Source: Parcubacteria group bacterium GW2011_GWB1_40_14
GTDB taxonomy: Bacteria; Patescibacteriota; Minisyncoccia; Terrybacterales; GWB1-40-14
Assembly: GCA_000996085.1 (NCBI GenBank)
Contig: LBYG01000002.1
Coordinates: 1-58,820, forward strand
Reading direction: 5' to 3'
Length of the DNA: 58,820 nt
Shown here: one piece after another, positions 8,201 to 17,146 of the stretch
Layout of the letters: the number at the start of each line of letters is the position of its first letter
Numbering within the stretch: the first letter of the stretch is position 1
Translations under genes and position numbers: made by a program
The notes under the pieces: model-generated
The model's database searches: none
What the model was told of the DNA's origin: nothing
The model's input: only the letters and a program-made list of their open reading frames with translations

Positions 8201-11149
8201 CAAGTCGATGTTTATATTACCGATCCGACATTATATGCTCCTATTTTGGGTTCGGTTTCTGTTTCTGACGGTCAAACTAAAGATTTGGGAATAATCACGT
8301 TGAAAAAGAAAAGCGAACTTATCCGCGGTCGTGTTTACGGACCAAACGGTGAAGGTGTCGGTGGCGCAGAAGTTAAAGGTTATTTGTCAGGGACGACTAA
8401 TTCTATTGTAGCGCTTACCAAATCAGACGGATCATATGAACTCAATGTTACAGCTGGTACTTGGAACATAGGTTTGAATCCCAATACCTTGGGTGGTTAT
8501 GCGTATAATGGAGCAGCGCGTAGTATTGCTGTTGCTGCGGGATCAACCGTTTCTTCTGTTGATTTCGCTTTGAGTAAAGCCGGTTCAGTTTTATCCGGTA
8601 ACGTTGTTGATGCATCCGGACAAATAATCACGGGTTTTTATGGGCATGTTGGTGTAATGCCGCAGGATGGATTCGGGACCTCTACTCAAGGTTATTACGG
8701 ATATGCGGAATTCGGCGCATTTACAATTGCGCTTCCTCCGGGAAATTATAACGTACAGGTATATCCTGCTTACGGTTCAAATTATTCTCCAAGCGCTTCG
8801 GTGCCTGTAACTGTTTTATCGGGAACAACCGCTAAGGTTTTAGTAAAGATAAACGCCGGAAACAGTATTATACAGGGCACCATTAGAAATTCTGCCGGCA
8901 GTCCAATAAGCGGAGTAAAGATGAAAGTATTTGTTTCAAATAATAAAGGTGTTTGGAATGAGACAGATGTTAATACGACAAGCGGAACATATAAACTTTC
9001 ACTTTTTGCTGATTCTTGGCAGTTGGGTTTGAGAGTTGACGGTTCAGGATATATTCCCGGTTCACTTTTATCTGTGAATCTTATTTCGGGTCAGACACTT
9101 ACTCAGGATATTGCTGTTAGTGCCGCAAGCTCAACGATAATTGGGAAAATAACTTCTCCTTTGGGTGCGGGGGTAGCCAATGTTCAGGTTTCAGCTGATT
9201 ACAATAGTTTTAGTCAGCCGTTAACTACATCTTCTTTCATAAATTCTTTCAGAGCTACAACTGACGCGAGCGGAAATTATAAAATTGCTTTGTTGCCGGG
9301 GACTTATTATCTGCATACTTATGTAAGTTCGGGCGGCGAATTTATAGGTTCTGAAGAGAAAACCGTTATGGTGGTAGCAGGAGAAACCAAAACGGTGGAT
9401 TTGGTTTTGAGATCACCAAATCTCACGATATCCGGAAAAGTATTTGAGGGCGGGCAAGGCAGGCCGGCATTTGTATGGGCATGGGGTGAAAGCGGTGGTG
9501 GTTTTAGTACTACTGCATCTTCAGACGGCTCATACGTGTTGAAATTAAGTCCGGGAAAATGGAAGGTCGGAGCCTCTTATGAACGCGATCAAATATTATT
9601 TAAAGCGTCCGAAATCGCAATAGAACTATTTTCCGGAGAGAATAAATCATTAGATATATTCTTAATTGATTCACGGATTTTCTTGTCTGCTCCTATAGTT
9701 AAAACGGGCACTACGTCTACCGATCAGGTTGTTACAAATGAAACAGGCGTAAGCATTAATATTCCATCAAACTCTATTGCTGTGACAGGATCTGTAACAG
9801 TAACCCTTTCTTCATCGACAGATGCGCCTTCGCAGGGTACTGCTAACGTTATTGGTGTTGCGTATGAAGTTGAAGTTAAGGATGAAAATGGTCAGGCAGT
9901 TACAACTCTTAATGTTCCGGCAACCGTAAGTATTCCTTACAATGAAACATTAATAAGCGCAGGCGAAGAAGCATTTTTGGATCTGGCTTTTTGGGATGAA
10001 GCGCTGGGCGCTTGGCAAGATGTTACTTCTACCGTGGTAGATACAAATAACAATATTATTACCGGTTCAGTAACTCATTTGACTAGATTTGCTATTGTGC
10101 GTCCGGCCGATATCACTCCTCCTGCGTCGCCTTCTACTGTTCGCGCTCAAGTGTCTGCCGATAAAATAACTTTCAGTTGGATCAATCCAAGTGCTGATTT
10201 CCATAGCGCTAAAGTTTATCGCTCCACGGTTGCGGGAGAAAAAGGCAGCAAGGTTGCCGAAAATATTACACTTGCAAATTGGTCCGATTCTTCGGTGCAG
10301 AATGGCACGAAGTATTATTACAACATTAAATCAGTAGACTTAGCCGGAAATGAATCTACGAGTCTTGCACAAACCGCTGTAATAGCTGGAGAAATTTCTT
10401 CATCACAAACAGTTGGTCCTTATCCTTCAGGCACTTTGTTCAAAGTCGGAAGTAATCCTACGGTTTGGTATGTCGATAACGGTAAACGTCGTGGTATTCC
10501 ATCACTAGGGGTTTTTGAATCAAGATTTGATTGGAAGAACGTAAAAAATATTACAGACGCTACTCATACTGAACTTTATACCGAAGATTCCGCAATAGGT
10601 TATCCTGACGGCCTGCTTATTAAGGGTAGCGCTCCGACAGTTTATATTATTGCTGATGGCAAAAAACTACCCGTTACAACAGCCGAAGCATTCAATGCTT
10701 TGGGATATAAGTGGGAAAATATCCGTACCGTAAATGATTCAGAATTAAGCCTGCATTCGACCGGAGCCAGCTTATCGACAGCCGTAAGTTATCCAAGCGG
10801 ATCATTAATACAGAAAGAAGGGGATCCAACAGTATGGTTTGTAGATAATGGTGTTCGAAGAGGCATTCCGACGCTCGATGTATTCAATATACGGAAGCTT
10901 GATTTCAAGAGAGTCATTAAAGTCCTTTCTTCTGTGCTGGAAAGCATTCAAATAGGCAACGCGCTGGCATATCCGGATTATACTTTGATTAAGGGCTCCG
11001 CTCCCGAAGTTTATTTTGTTGAGGGCGGAAAGAAGCGCCACATTACTTCCGGTGAAATATTTAATACCAACCAATTTGATTGGGCGGCAATAAGAAATGT
11101 ACCAGATAGCGTATTGAATCTGATGGTCACAGGCAGCAATTTGGAATAA
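5222..11149 (+). CDS. Giant (1975 aa) secreted surface protein with PKD-like, several FN3, ~12 CarboxypepD_reg-like Ig/beta-sandwich repeats and 4 C-terminal ~40-aa modules
   Basis: Signal/anchor VVAVLISAAFIFGIIF. PKD-like FDWGDGSS..HVWNTSGTYYVKAKAKDSGGAES. FN3 LSWNASTDNVGVTNYKIFRN..YSYYIKAVDAAGNES. Repeated G.V....G..V.GA.V motifs. Confidence 0.85.
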   Translation: MYSLILSKQKRVVPAFVVAVLISAAFIFGIIFNAKGATFNITSPSGGTCYVYGTSIPISWTASTLPGVNHYAVYYTTNDGSTKTLIPGGHPVTGNSISWTPETSVIGFPIKIVIDGHDSAHTTLESAMSSTSFGVSTSCGGGSSAPPVPGTIAGAPSGTVGTSYNFSVILYSDPDGQQVQAVFDWGDGSSFGYSTFITPSGGGTSTTPIGHVWNTSGTYYVKAKAKDSGGAESGWTSTWAITISGATGCSSVPPAPSSLTATPSSSQVALSWPVVTCADKYNIYRRSPASTGTWSYVLQVTTTSHSDSSSISPGSSYDYKVESCLSGYGCSGNSDNYAYAYNVLIPGGTDTTAPTAPTGLTATPYSVSRIDLSWNASTDNVGVTNYKIFRNSAFWYQTSALSYADTGLTSNTTYSYYIKAVDAAGNESTASATASAVTPSGTASCTGLSLTFANNDTSYVIGDMVTYTYICIPGGTAPNVTVQVVSPGGTATTYNTATNVSQNTLGFSTSNLSAGDYTLRACFTSSCSPVTVSAVFSVVSGTTGDNTAPVISNLGEQDIIGMGAKVKWLTDDPSDSFVEYGTSFGNYTNNSSSYCYGSGLVTDHCLYLTNLTLNTTYFYRVRSVNAAGLQIQATGDFQSASGTDTSGVPPTPTNFRLEPAPVSSPTPTIYLKWNVSTDADKYNLSRSQHGLNNWTYFPQLMGNTNTSYADSSVGVSVYYDYRVEACHSGYGCSTSSAYLTNVSVGGTSTTTTQNGSVSGTVKTSSGVAVAGANINIRSSDNVYNFYTTAASDGTYHFNNLFPYSYILTAYPPSNRTDLSPSSAQSVSIAADQNTVRDLQLISGTKILTGKVLRNDGRAVTYAEVGAWRADGQPGGGMAATDSNGNYSITLSGGKWNVSVHPSSASVSSADWFYNSEPTLIEFIADSTTENKSVNFTVASQSSFIIGSVRYPDGSIPPASLSSVGFFNSTTRIGAVSSIAADGTFKVAIAAGTYQVDVYITDPTLYAPILGSVSVSDGQTKDLGIITLKKKSELIRGRVYGPNGEGVGGAEVKGYLSGTTNSIVALTKSDGSYELNVTAGTWNIGLNPNTLGGYAYNGAARSIAVAAGSTVSSVDFALSKAGSVLSGNVVDASGQIITGFYGHVGVMPQDGFGTSTQGYYGYAEFGAFTIALPPGNYNVQVYPAYGSNYSPSASVPVTVLSGTTAKVLVKINAGNSIIQGTIRNSAGSPISGVKMKVFVSNNKGVWNETDVNTTSGTYKLSLFADSWQLGLRVDGSGYIPGSLLSVNLISGQTLTQDIAVSAASSTIIGKITSPLGAGVANVQVSADYNSFSQPLTTSSFINSFRATTDASGNYKIALLPGTYYLHTYVSSGGEFIGSEEKTVMVVAGETKTVDLVLRSPNLTISGKVFEGGQGRPAFVWAWGESGGGFSTTASSDGSYVLKLSPGKWKVGASYERDQILFKASEIAIELFSGENKSLDIFLIDSRIFLSAPIVKTGTTSTDQVVTNETGVSINIPSNSIAVTGSVTVTLSSSTDAPSQGTANVIGVAYEVEVKDENGQAVTTLNVPATVSIPYNETLISAGEEAFLDLAFWDEALGAWQDVTSTVVDTNNNIITGSVTHLTRFAIVRPADITPPASPSTVRAQVSADKITFSWINPSADFHSAKVYRSTVAGEKGSKVAENITLANWSDSSVQNGTKYYYNIKSVDLAGNESTSLAQTAVIAGEISSSQTVGPYPSGTLFKVGSNPTVWYVDNGKRRGIPSLGVFESRFDWKNVKNITDATHTELYTEDSAIGYPDGLLIKGSAPTVYIIADGKKLPVTTAEAFNALGYKWENIRTVNDSELSLHSTGASLSTAVSYPSGSLIQKEGDPTVWFVDNGVRRGIPTLDVFNIRKLDFKRVIKVLSSVLESIQIGNALAYPDYTLIKGSAPEVYFVEGGKKRHITSGEIFNTNQFDWAAIRNVPDSVLNLMVTGSNLE

Positions 11150-11187
11150 TTTTACCGTAAGGTCTTAGCGTTGTCATAATAGAGTTA

Positions 11188-11221
11188 AAGTCCCGGCTCG
11201 GATTATACGGGACGGGACTTT
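11188..11221 (+). terminator. Hairpin AAAGTCCCG..CGGGACTTT followed by a T/A run
   Basis: Inverted repeat directly after the giant gene. Confidence 0.5.
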
Positions 11222-11227
11222 TAAAAA

Positions 11228-12025
11228 ATGAATATTATCGGAAAATTAAAATATAAGATACTTGTCGCAGTTTTTGTTGTGCTTTTCGTTGCGGGCGGGA
11301 TCTTGTCTTTGAGGATATCTTTTGTAGCGGAACATCCTTTAATTAAAACTTTTTTATTTTCCAAGACTGATTTAAAATTTAAATCAGATAAACTACATTA
11401 TTATGACAATCCAAATATTTCTTTGGAGCGCGTGCATGTGCAGGCGTTTTATTTAGTGCCGCGTAAATCTTTAAATGACTTTACTTTATCGTGGAAAGAA
11501 GATTTTACCGGAGCATTGGAAGAATTAAAAAAATTTCATGAAAGCCAGTTTGGCAACAGTTCGGAATTAACTTTTTCTTTGTTGGATATTCCGGTAGTCG
11601 CTCCTAATGAATTTGTTGATTCATTGCCGACAGGATTGAGGCGCGCAACTCTAGTTGATCTGGAACCAATTGATAAGTTTATTGAGGATAATATCACCAA
11701 ATCAAGCGCGCCTTTTTATCGTAAGGCATTTGTAGATATTCCTAATAACGCCTATGCAGTTAAAGTAATTTTTGTTGAAGGAGTTTCTGCTGTAGGTAGC
11801 GAAGGAATGCTTCTTTTATCGCGTAATTATATTACCGACCCAGCTATAGGATACGGCACCTCTGTTTTAGCTCACGAGTTCGGACACACTTTGGGCATGC
11901 CGGATTTATATGATTATGAAACATACGAAGATTATTCAGATGACTTAATGGGATCCGGTCGTTACCGCGCAATTAACTATGTTTATTTCAGTGATGATAT
12001 AAAAAGAAGAATGGGCATAAAATAA
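11228..12025 (+). CDS. Membrane-anchored Zn metalloprotease, M6 (immune inhibitor A)-like motif
   Basis: N-terminal TM helix. HEFGHTLGMPDLYD..DDLMGSG (HExxH at 11872-11886). The same motif architecture is found in the 1605-aa protein. Confidence 0.6.
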   Translation: MNIIGKLKYKILVAVFVVLFVAGGILSLRISFVAEHPLIKTFLFSKTDLKFKSDKLHYYDNPNISLERVHVQAFYLVPRKSLNDFTLSWKEDFTGALEELKKFHESQFGNSSELTFSLLDIPVVAPNEFVDSLPTGLRRATLVDLEPIDKFIEDNITKSSAPFYRKAFVDIPNNAYAVKVIFVEGVSAVGSEGMLLLSRNYITDPAIGYGTSVLAHEFGHTLGMPDLYDYETYEDYSDDLMGSGRYRAINYVYFSDDIKRRMGIK

Positions 12026-12026
12026 A

Positions 12027-14093
12027 TTGGATATTATGAAATTTTTAAAGAAAAAAGAAATTACTATAGAACAAGAACATCTACATCCGTCCAAAGGAAG
12101 TATTAGGCGTAAATTCGTGAGAATTTTCATTATTTTGGGTATTTTGCCGATAATTGCTTTGGGTATTGCGGGTATAGTTTTTTTAACTATTTCACGACAG
12201 CAAAGCATAGAAGAGACGGAAACGCTTCTTTTGAGACAGAAGACTGAAGAAACGGCCCGTTTCATTGATGAAACGCTTGATACGTTTGAAATACAAGTTA
12301 GTTATACATCACAAGTTCCGCCGTGGCCGGGATTTCAATCGGTTGATGCTATTAAGCTTTCAAACGGTTATACCTGCAATTCGCCGTATGATAATTTGTG
12401 CGATGAACAGCTGTTCTTTTTGGAGGGGTTATTGGCTGCTAATCGTAATTTAGTGGAAGTAGCTTTTATTAATACAATTCTTCCCACAGCCCAGACAAAT
12501 GTCCCTCCGGCAGGAAAGGAGACAAAAAGATTGTCTCGTTTTTATGATATACCTACAGATTGCGGGTTAGAATCTAGTCCGCAAACCGTAGAGGAATGTG
12601 AATATTACGCATACTATCCGAATTCAGATTTATTCCGTGCCGTTTCTTCAGGGAAAAACTATATAGGAAAACCGTATAAAACCCTTGATGGTTATTACAT
12701 AACCATAGCGGCTCCTGTGTACAGTAATACAATTAAAAATGATAAAGGGGAGATAATTGAGGGCGGTTATATTGTTTCGGGTTTACGCGGTGAACTTTCG
12801 CTTAAACCGCTGAATAATATTTTTGCTTCAGCAATACTTGGCGAAGCCGGTTATGCCTATCTTGTTGATGAGTTCGGCTCACCAATTGCCTCAAGTGTGG
12901 GCAAGGATTTTCCGCAAGGTCTTCTTATCACTAATCCGTTAACCGAAAAATTAAATAATAATGTTTCTGTAACCGGAATCAGCGTGTATAAGAACCTTTT
13001 TGGCGAGACGGTTGTTGCTTCGGCAAAGCCGGTAGGCCGGCTTAATTTAGGCGTTGTAGTTGAATGGCCATATTCCGATGCGTATTCAATAGTTTATTCA
13101 ATAGCTAATCAGGTAGTTTTTTTCATGATCTTGATACTGGTTGCAATTATTGTATTGAGTAGAACTCTTGCGCGACAAATAACAAAACCTATTTCGATAT
13201 TGCAGTTTGCCGCTTCACGCATAGGAAAGGGTTCTTTTGACCCGATATCCGAAATAAAAACAGGAGATGAATTGGAACTTTTGGCGCATTCGCTAAATGA
13301 TATGTCGCATGAACTTAGGGATTTGGATGAATTGAAACGTAAGGCGGGGGAGGCTAAGCTTTTGGAGTTGAGTTTAGCTAAAGAAAAAGAGCTTGTCGAT
13401 ATAAAAGATTCTTTTTTGGATACCGCCTCGCATCAGTTGCGTACTCCTATTTCAGCCATAAAGTGGCAACTGGAATTGTTGTTGGGCGAAGATATTCCGC
13501 CCACAGATAAAGAGTTGGTTGCGGGAGCTTACGAACATGCCGAATTTTTATCCGAAATTTCCACTGATCTTATTAACGCGGCAAGTTATGGCATCGGATA
13601 TAAAGCAAAGGACATGGTTGAAGTATCCATATCTAAACTTTTAACTGAAATTTGCGAGCATTTTGCTGGCGCTATTGAAAAAAATAAGATCAAGTTTGTT
13701 AATACGCCCCTGCCGGAAGATATTAAAATTAAAGCAAGCTATCCGGCTTTAAGGGTTCTTTTTGAAAATATCTTAGGGAATGCGATCAGGTATACAAAAC
13801 CTGAAGGACAAATAACAATTACAGTAATTAAACAGGAAAATTCTGTGGAAATTAGAGTTGCCGATACAGGAATAGGTATACCATCCGAAGAACATAAAAT
13901 GGTATTTACGCAGTTTTTCCGCGCGGTGAATGCGATAGATACAAGAAATGTCGGGACTGGTCTTGGATTATATATATCTAGGAATATTGTTTGGGGGCAC
14001 GAAGGCAACATTTGGTTTACATCTGAGCTAGGTAAAGGCTCAACTTTTTTTGTGGGTTTGCCTATAAATAAAGCTCCGATTGTTGCGCAGTAA
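12027..14093 (+). CDS. Sensor histidine kinase (extracytoplasmic sensor domain, HAMP, HisKA, HATPase_c)
   Basis: H-box SHQLRTPISAI. N/G boxes GNAIRYT, DTGIGIP and GTGLGL. Two TM helices. The start could be ATG 12036 instead. No response regulator adjacent. Confidence 0.85.
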   Translation: MDIMKFLKKKEITIEQEHLHPSKGSIRRKFVRIFIILGILPIIALGIAGIVFLTISRQQSIEETETLLLRQKTEETARFIDETLDTFEIQVSYTSQVPPWPGFQSVDAIKLSNGYTCNSPYDNLCDEQLFFLEGLLAANRNLVEVAFINTILPTAQTNVPPAGKETKRLSRFYDIPTDCGLESSPQTVEECEYYAYYPNSDLFRAVSSGKNYIGKPYKTLDGYYITIAAPVYSNTIKNDKGEIIEGGYIVSGLRGELSLKPLNNIFASAILGEAGYAYLVDEFGSPIASSVGKDFPQGLLITNPLTEKLNNNVSVTGISVYKNLFGETVVASAKPVGRLNLGVVVEWPYSDAYSIVYSIANQVVFFMILILVAIIVLSRTLARQITKPISILQFAASRIGKGSFDPISEIKTGDELELLAHSLNDMSHELRDLDELKRKAGEAKLLELSLAKEKELVDIKDSFLDTASHQLRTPISAIKWQLELLLGEDIPPTDKELVAGAYEHAEFLSEISTDLINAASYGIGYKAKDMVEVSISKLLTEICEHFAGAIEKNKIKFVNTPLPEDIKIKASYPALRVLFENILGNAIRYTKPEGQITITVIKQENSVEIRVADTGIGIPSEEHKMVFTQFFRAVNAIDTRNVGTGLGLYISRNIVWGHEGNIWFTSELGKGSTFFVGLPINKAPIVAQ

Positions 14094-14150
14094 GTAATTA
14101 TGCTAAATATTTAGCCGGTTCTAGTTTTCAATAAAGCCAGGATTGGCTTT

Positions 14151-14279
14151 GCCTCGTTAGAAATTTACAAAATTATTAGAATCGATTGGAAATATTTTAT
14201 AGAAGATGTGCTTGCTTTAGCGAGAAAAAGCCGTGGCTTTTTCTCGCTATTAACTTTAAACGTAAATTTCTAACGGGGC
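14151..14279. repeat. Inverted-arm element, family 2, copy X3
   Basis: Arms GCCTCGTTAGAAATTTAC and GTAAATTTCTAACGGGGC. Internal hairpin AGCGAGAAAAAGCC-gt-GGCTTTTTCTCGCT at 14219-14248. Confidence 0.7.
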
Positions 14280-14280
14280 T

Positions 14281-14310
14281 TTGACTTTTTGGCCTTTTGG
14301 GTATTACAAT
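14281..14310 (+). promoter_or_regulatory. Candidate sigma-70 promoter TTGACT-N18-TACAAT upstream of secD
   Basis: Hexamers at 14281-14286 and 14305-14310. The -35 abuts the right arm of X3. Confidence 0.4.
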
Positions 14311-14323
14311 AGGGAAGGCTTGT

Positions 14324-14355
14324 CCAGCCCTGATTTCAGTAAAAATCAGAGCTGG
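14324..14355 (-). repeat. 32-nt hairpin repeat, inverted copy of 800-832
   Basis: CCAGCCCTGATTT-N6-AAATCAGAGCTGG. Confidence 0.6.
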
Positions 14356-14369
14356 ATTTAATTTGGTTT

Positions 14370-16151
14370 ATGGAATTACCAAAAATAATTAATAAATTTG
14401 GCTTTTTAAAGCGAGTATTTATAGTTTTTTACCCGATAAGATGGGTTTTTAGAATTGGAAAGAAGTTGGTTTTGCGGGTTCTTATTAAACCGCTGAGAAT
14501 TGTTTTAAAGCTGCTTAAGTGGATTTTTAGGGGCGTTTTTGGGTTTTTGTGGTCTATATCTTCACCCGTAAGAGCACCCGTTAAAAAGGTATTTGTTTTG
14601 GTTGCTCGTGGCGTTGAAGGTGTGGGTAGTAGTACTATTTGGGCGGGTAAATTTACGTTTGGTATAGTTTTTTGGCCATTTAAGAAGTTATGGTTATTTT
14701 CTCCTTTACGCAAAGGAATCGAGAAAAGAAAACAGAGGCGCAATATTTTGGTGTTGATTTTTTTGTTCACTTTCTTATCTTTGTTTGTTATTTATCCGCA
14801 AATTTGGAATTATCCCTATGATCAGGTGCAGCCTAAATTGTGGGGTGGTATAGAATACTTATCTTCAAAATATAACCAACCGCAGTTTAAAGAATGGGCT
14901 TCTAAAATAAAAATAACTAAAATTGACGAATCGCCCTTTCTTTTGGGATTAGATTTGCAGGGCGGCACGCAATTAGTATATGAAGCTGATCTAACCAATA
15001 TTTCCTCTGAAGATCAGAAAAGTGCTTTGGAATCTTTACGCGATGTTATAGAACGGCGCGTAAATAGTTTCGGAGTACGTGAGCCGCAAGTGCAATTGGA
15101 AAAAACCGGCGATTCAAATCGTCTTATGGTTGAATTAGCCGGCGTAAAGGATATTAATCAGGCTATTCAGTCTATAGGCAAAACTCCGTTTCTTGAATTT
15201 CGTGAGGAGAGGAGCGAAGAGGAGCTTGATGCGATAAGGCAAGGACCGGGAGGGGGCGTGCAATTATCTGAAGAGCAATTAAATACCGCCGAACTTTTAT
15301 TTAAACCGGCTAAACTCACCGGACAATATCTTAGTCGTGCTGAACTTACTTTTGATCCAACAACAAATCAGCCTACTGTTGCGCTCCGCTTTAACGATGA
15401 AGGCAAAGAAATTTTCAGAGAAATCACAGCAGCCAATGTGGGCAAGCGTCTCGCTATTTTTTTGGATGGCCAGATAGTAAGCGCCCCGACAGTTCAACAG
15501 GAGATTCCTTCGGGAGAAGCTATCATTAGCGGAAGTTTTTCTATACCTGAGGCCGAGGCTTTAGTTAAGGATTTGAATGCAGGAGCCTTACCGGTTCCAA
15601 TTAATCTTATTTCCCAACAAAGCGTTGGAGCAACTCTGGGTCAGGAATCTTTGAGCAATATAATTTTTGCAGGCACCATAGGTTTGCTTGGGGTTATTAT
15701 TTTTATGCTGTTGTTATACCGCATACCCGGTATTATTGCGGTTTTGGCTCTTACGATCTATGCAGTTTTAACTTTGACTATATTTAAATTATTGCCCGTA
15801 ACCTTTACTTTACCCGGCATTGCCGGATTTATTCTTTCTGTTGGTATGGCTGTCGACGCCAACATTCTTATTTTTGCGCGCATGCGCGAAGAACGCCAAT
15901 GGGGCCGTTCAGTAGAAGAGAGTATTGAAGCCGGATTTTTGAGAGCCTGGCCCTCAATTCGAGATTCAAATATTGCCACTTTGATTACAACCTTCGTACT
16001 TTATTTTTTAACCACAAGCTTTATACGCGGATTTGCTTTGACCCTTGGTATAGGCGTTTTAATGTCAATGTTTTCAGCCGTATTTATATCAAGATTGCTT
16101 CTTTTACAGATCGTACATACCCGTTTATCTAAATTACAAAAGTTATGGTAA
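14370..16151 (+). CDS. secD: Protein translocase subunit SecD (with a ~125-aa unusual basic/hydrophobic N-terminal extension if ATG 14370 is used)
   Basis: SecD periplasmic and TM regions (LGLDLQGG, FLDGQIVSAPTVQQEI, GMAVDANILIFARMREE). Confidence 0.85.
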   Translation: MELPKIINKFGFLKRVFIVFYPIRWVFRIGKKLVLRVLIKPLRIVLKLLKWIFRGVFGFLWSISSPVRAPVKKVFVLVARGVEGVGSSTIWAGKFTFGIVFWPFKKLWLFSPLRKGIEKRKQRRNILVLIFLFTFLSLFVIYPQIWNYPYDQVQPKLWGGIEYLSSKYNQPQFKEWASKIKITKIDESPFLLGLDLQGGTQLVYEADLTNISSEDQKSALESLRDVIERRVNSFGVREPQVQLEKTGDSNRLMVELAGVKDINQAIQSIGKTPFLEFREERSEEELDAIRQGPGGGVQLSEEQLNTAELLFKPAKLTGQYLSRAELTFDPTTNQPTVALRFNDEGKEIFREITAANVGKRLAIFLDGQIVSAPTVQQEIPSGEAIISGSFSIPEAEALVKDLNAGALPVPINLISQQSVGATLGQESLSNIIFAGTIGLLGVIIFMLLLYRIPGIIAVLALTIYAVLTLTIFKLLPVTFTLPGIAGFILSVGMAVDANILIFARMREERQWGRSVEESIEAGFLRAWPSIRDSNIATLITTFVLYFLTTSFIRGFALTLGIGVLMSMFSAVFISRLLLLQIVHTRLSKLQKLW

Positions 16152-17080
16152 TTAAAGAATTCCCCATAATTAAATTTCGTTGGCTATTTCTAGCGGTTTC
16201 GGGAGTATTGATTGTCTCAAGCATAGTTGCCTTAGTTATCTGGGGTTTGCATTTTGGCGTTGAATTTACCGGGGGTTCATTAATGAATGTAAATTTTGAG
16301 GAAAGGGTGCCCACACGGGAAGAAATTATTTCTAAATTATCCGATCAAGATTTAGGAGATATAGCCATTCAAAATGCGGATGAGAAAAATTTAATTTTGC
16401 GTTTCAAGGCGGTTGATGAAAATAAACATCAGGAAATATTAAATAAAATAAAAGAGATAGCTCCCGCGCAAGAAGAACAGTTTACTTCTATCGGCCCGGT
16501 TATAGGAAGTGAATTGAAACAGAAAGCGGCATGGGCTATAGGTTTGGCTATAGTGGGCATAATGATATATATAGCATGGGCATTCCGGAGAGTTTCAAAG
16601 CCTGTTTCTTCGTGGCAATACGGATTTATAGTTTCTTTAGTCGCATTGTTGCATGATGTTATAATTCCTTTGGGCGTTTTCTCTGCGTTGGGACATTATA
16701 TGGGCATTGAAATAAACGTCGCTTTTATAGCCGCGATTCTTACGATTTTAGGTTTTTCGGTTCATGACAGTATTGTAGTATTTGATAGAACTCGCGAGAA
16801 TTTAAGGAGAATATTTGATAAATCTTTTGCTGAGATAGTAAACACGAGCCTTAATCAAACGCTGGGTCGTTCGTTGGCTACTTCCACAACGGTTCTTTTG
16901 ACGATAGCGGCTATTGCTGTTTTTGGCGGACCAGCCGTATTTGATTTTGCTTTAGCTTTATTTATCGGTATTGCTATAGGCACTTATTCATCTATTTTCG
17001 TAGCAGGACCATTGCTTATAGAGTTTCAAAAAATATCTTCTAATTTCAATAATTTAAGACGAGGAAAGCGGAGAAAATAG
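16145..17080 (+). CDS. secF: Protein translocase subunit SecF
   Basis: GVEFTGG, HDVIIPLG and FSVHDSIVVFDRTREN. 7-nt overlap with secD. Confidence 0.85.
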   Translation: MVIKEFPIIKFRWLFLAVSGVLIVSSIVALVIWGLHFGVEFTGGSLMNVNFEERVPTREEIISKLSDQDLGDIAIQNADEKNLILRFKAVDENKHQEILNKIKEIAPAQEEQFTSIGPVIGSELKQKAAWAIGLAIVGIMIYIAWAFRRVSKPVSSWQYGFIVSLVALLHDVIIPLGVFSALGHYMGIEINVAFIAAILTILGFSVHDSIVVFDRTRENLRRIFDKSFAEIVNTSLNQTLGRSLATSTTVLLTIAAIAVFGGPAVFDFALALFIGIAIGTYSSIFVAGPLLIEFQKISSNFNNLRRGKRRK

Positions 17081-17146
17081 TTCTAAACGGGATTGACCAT
17101 AAAGGATTATTAAGGTAGTCTATAATTCGTTAATTACTTAAAGCTT

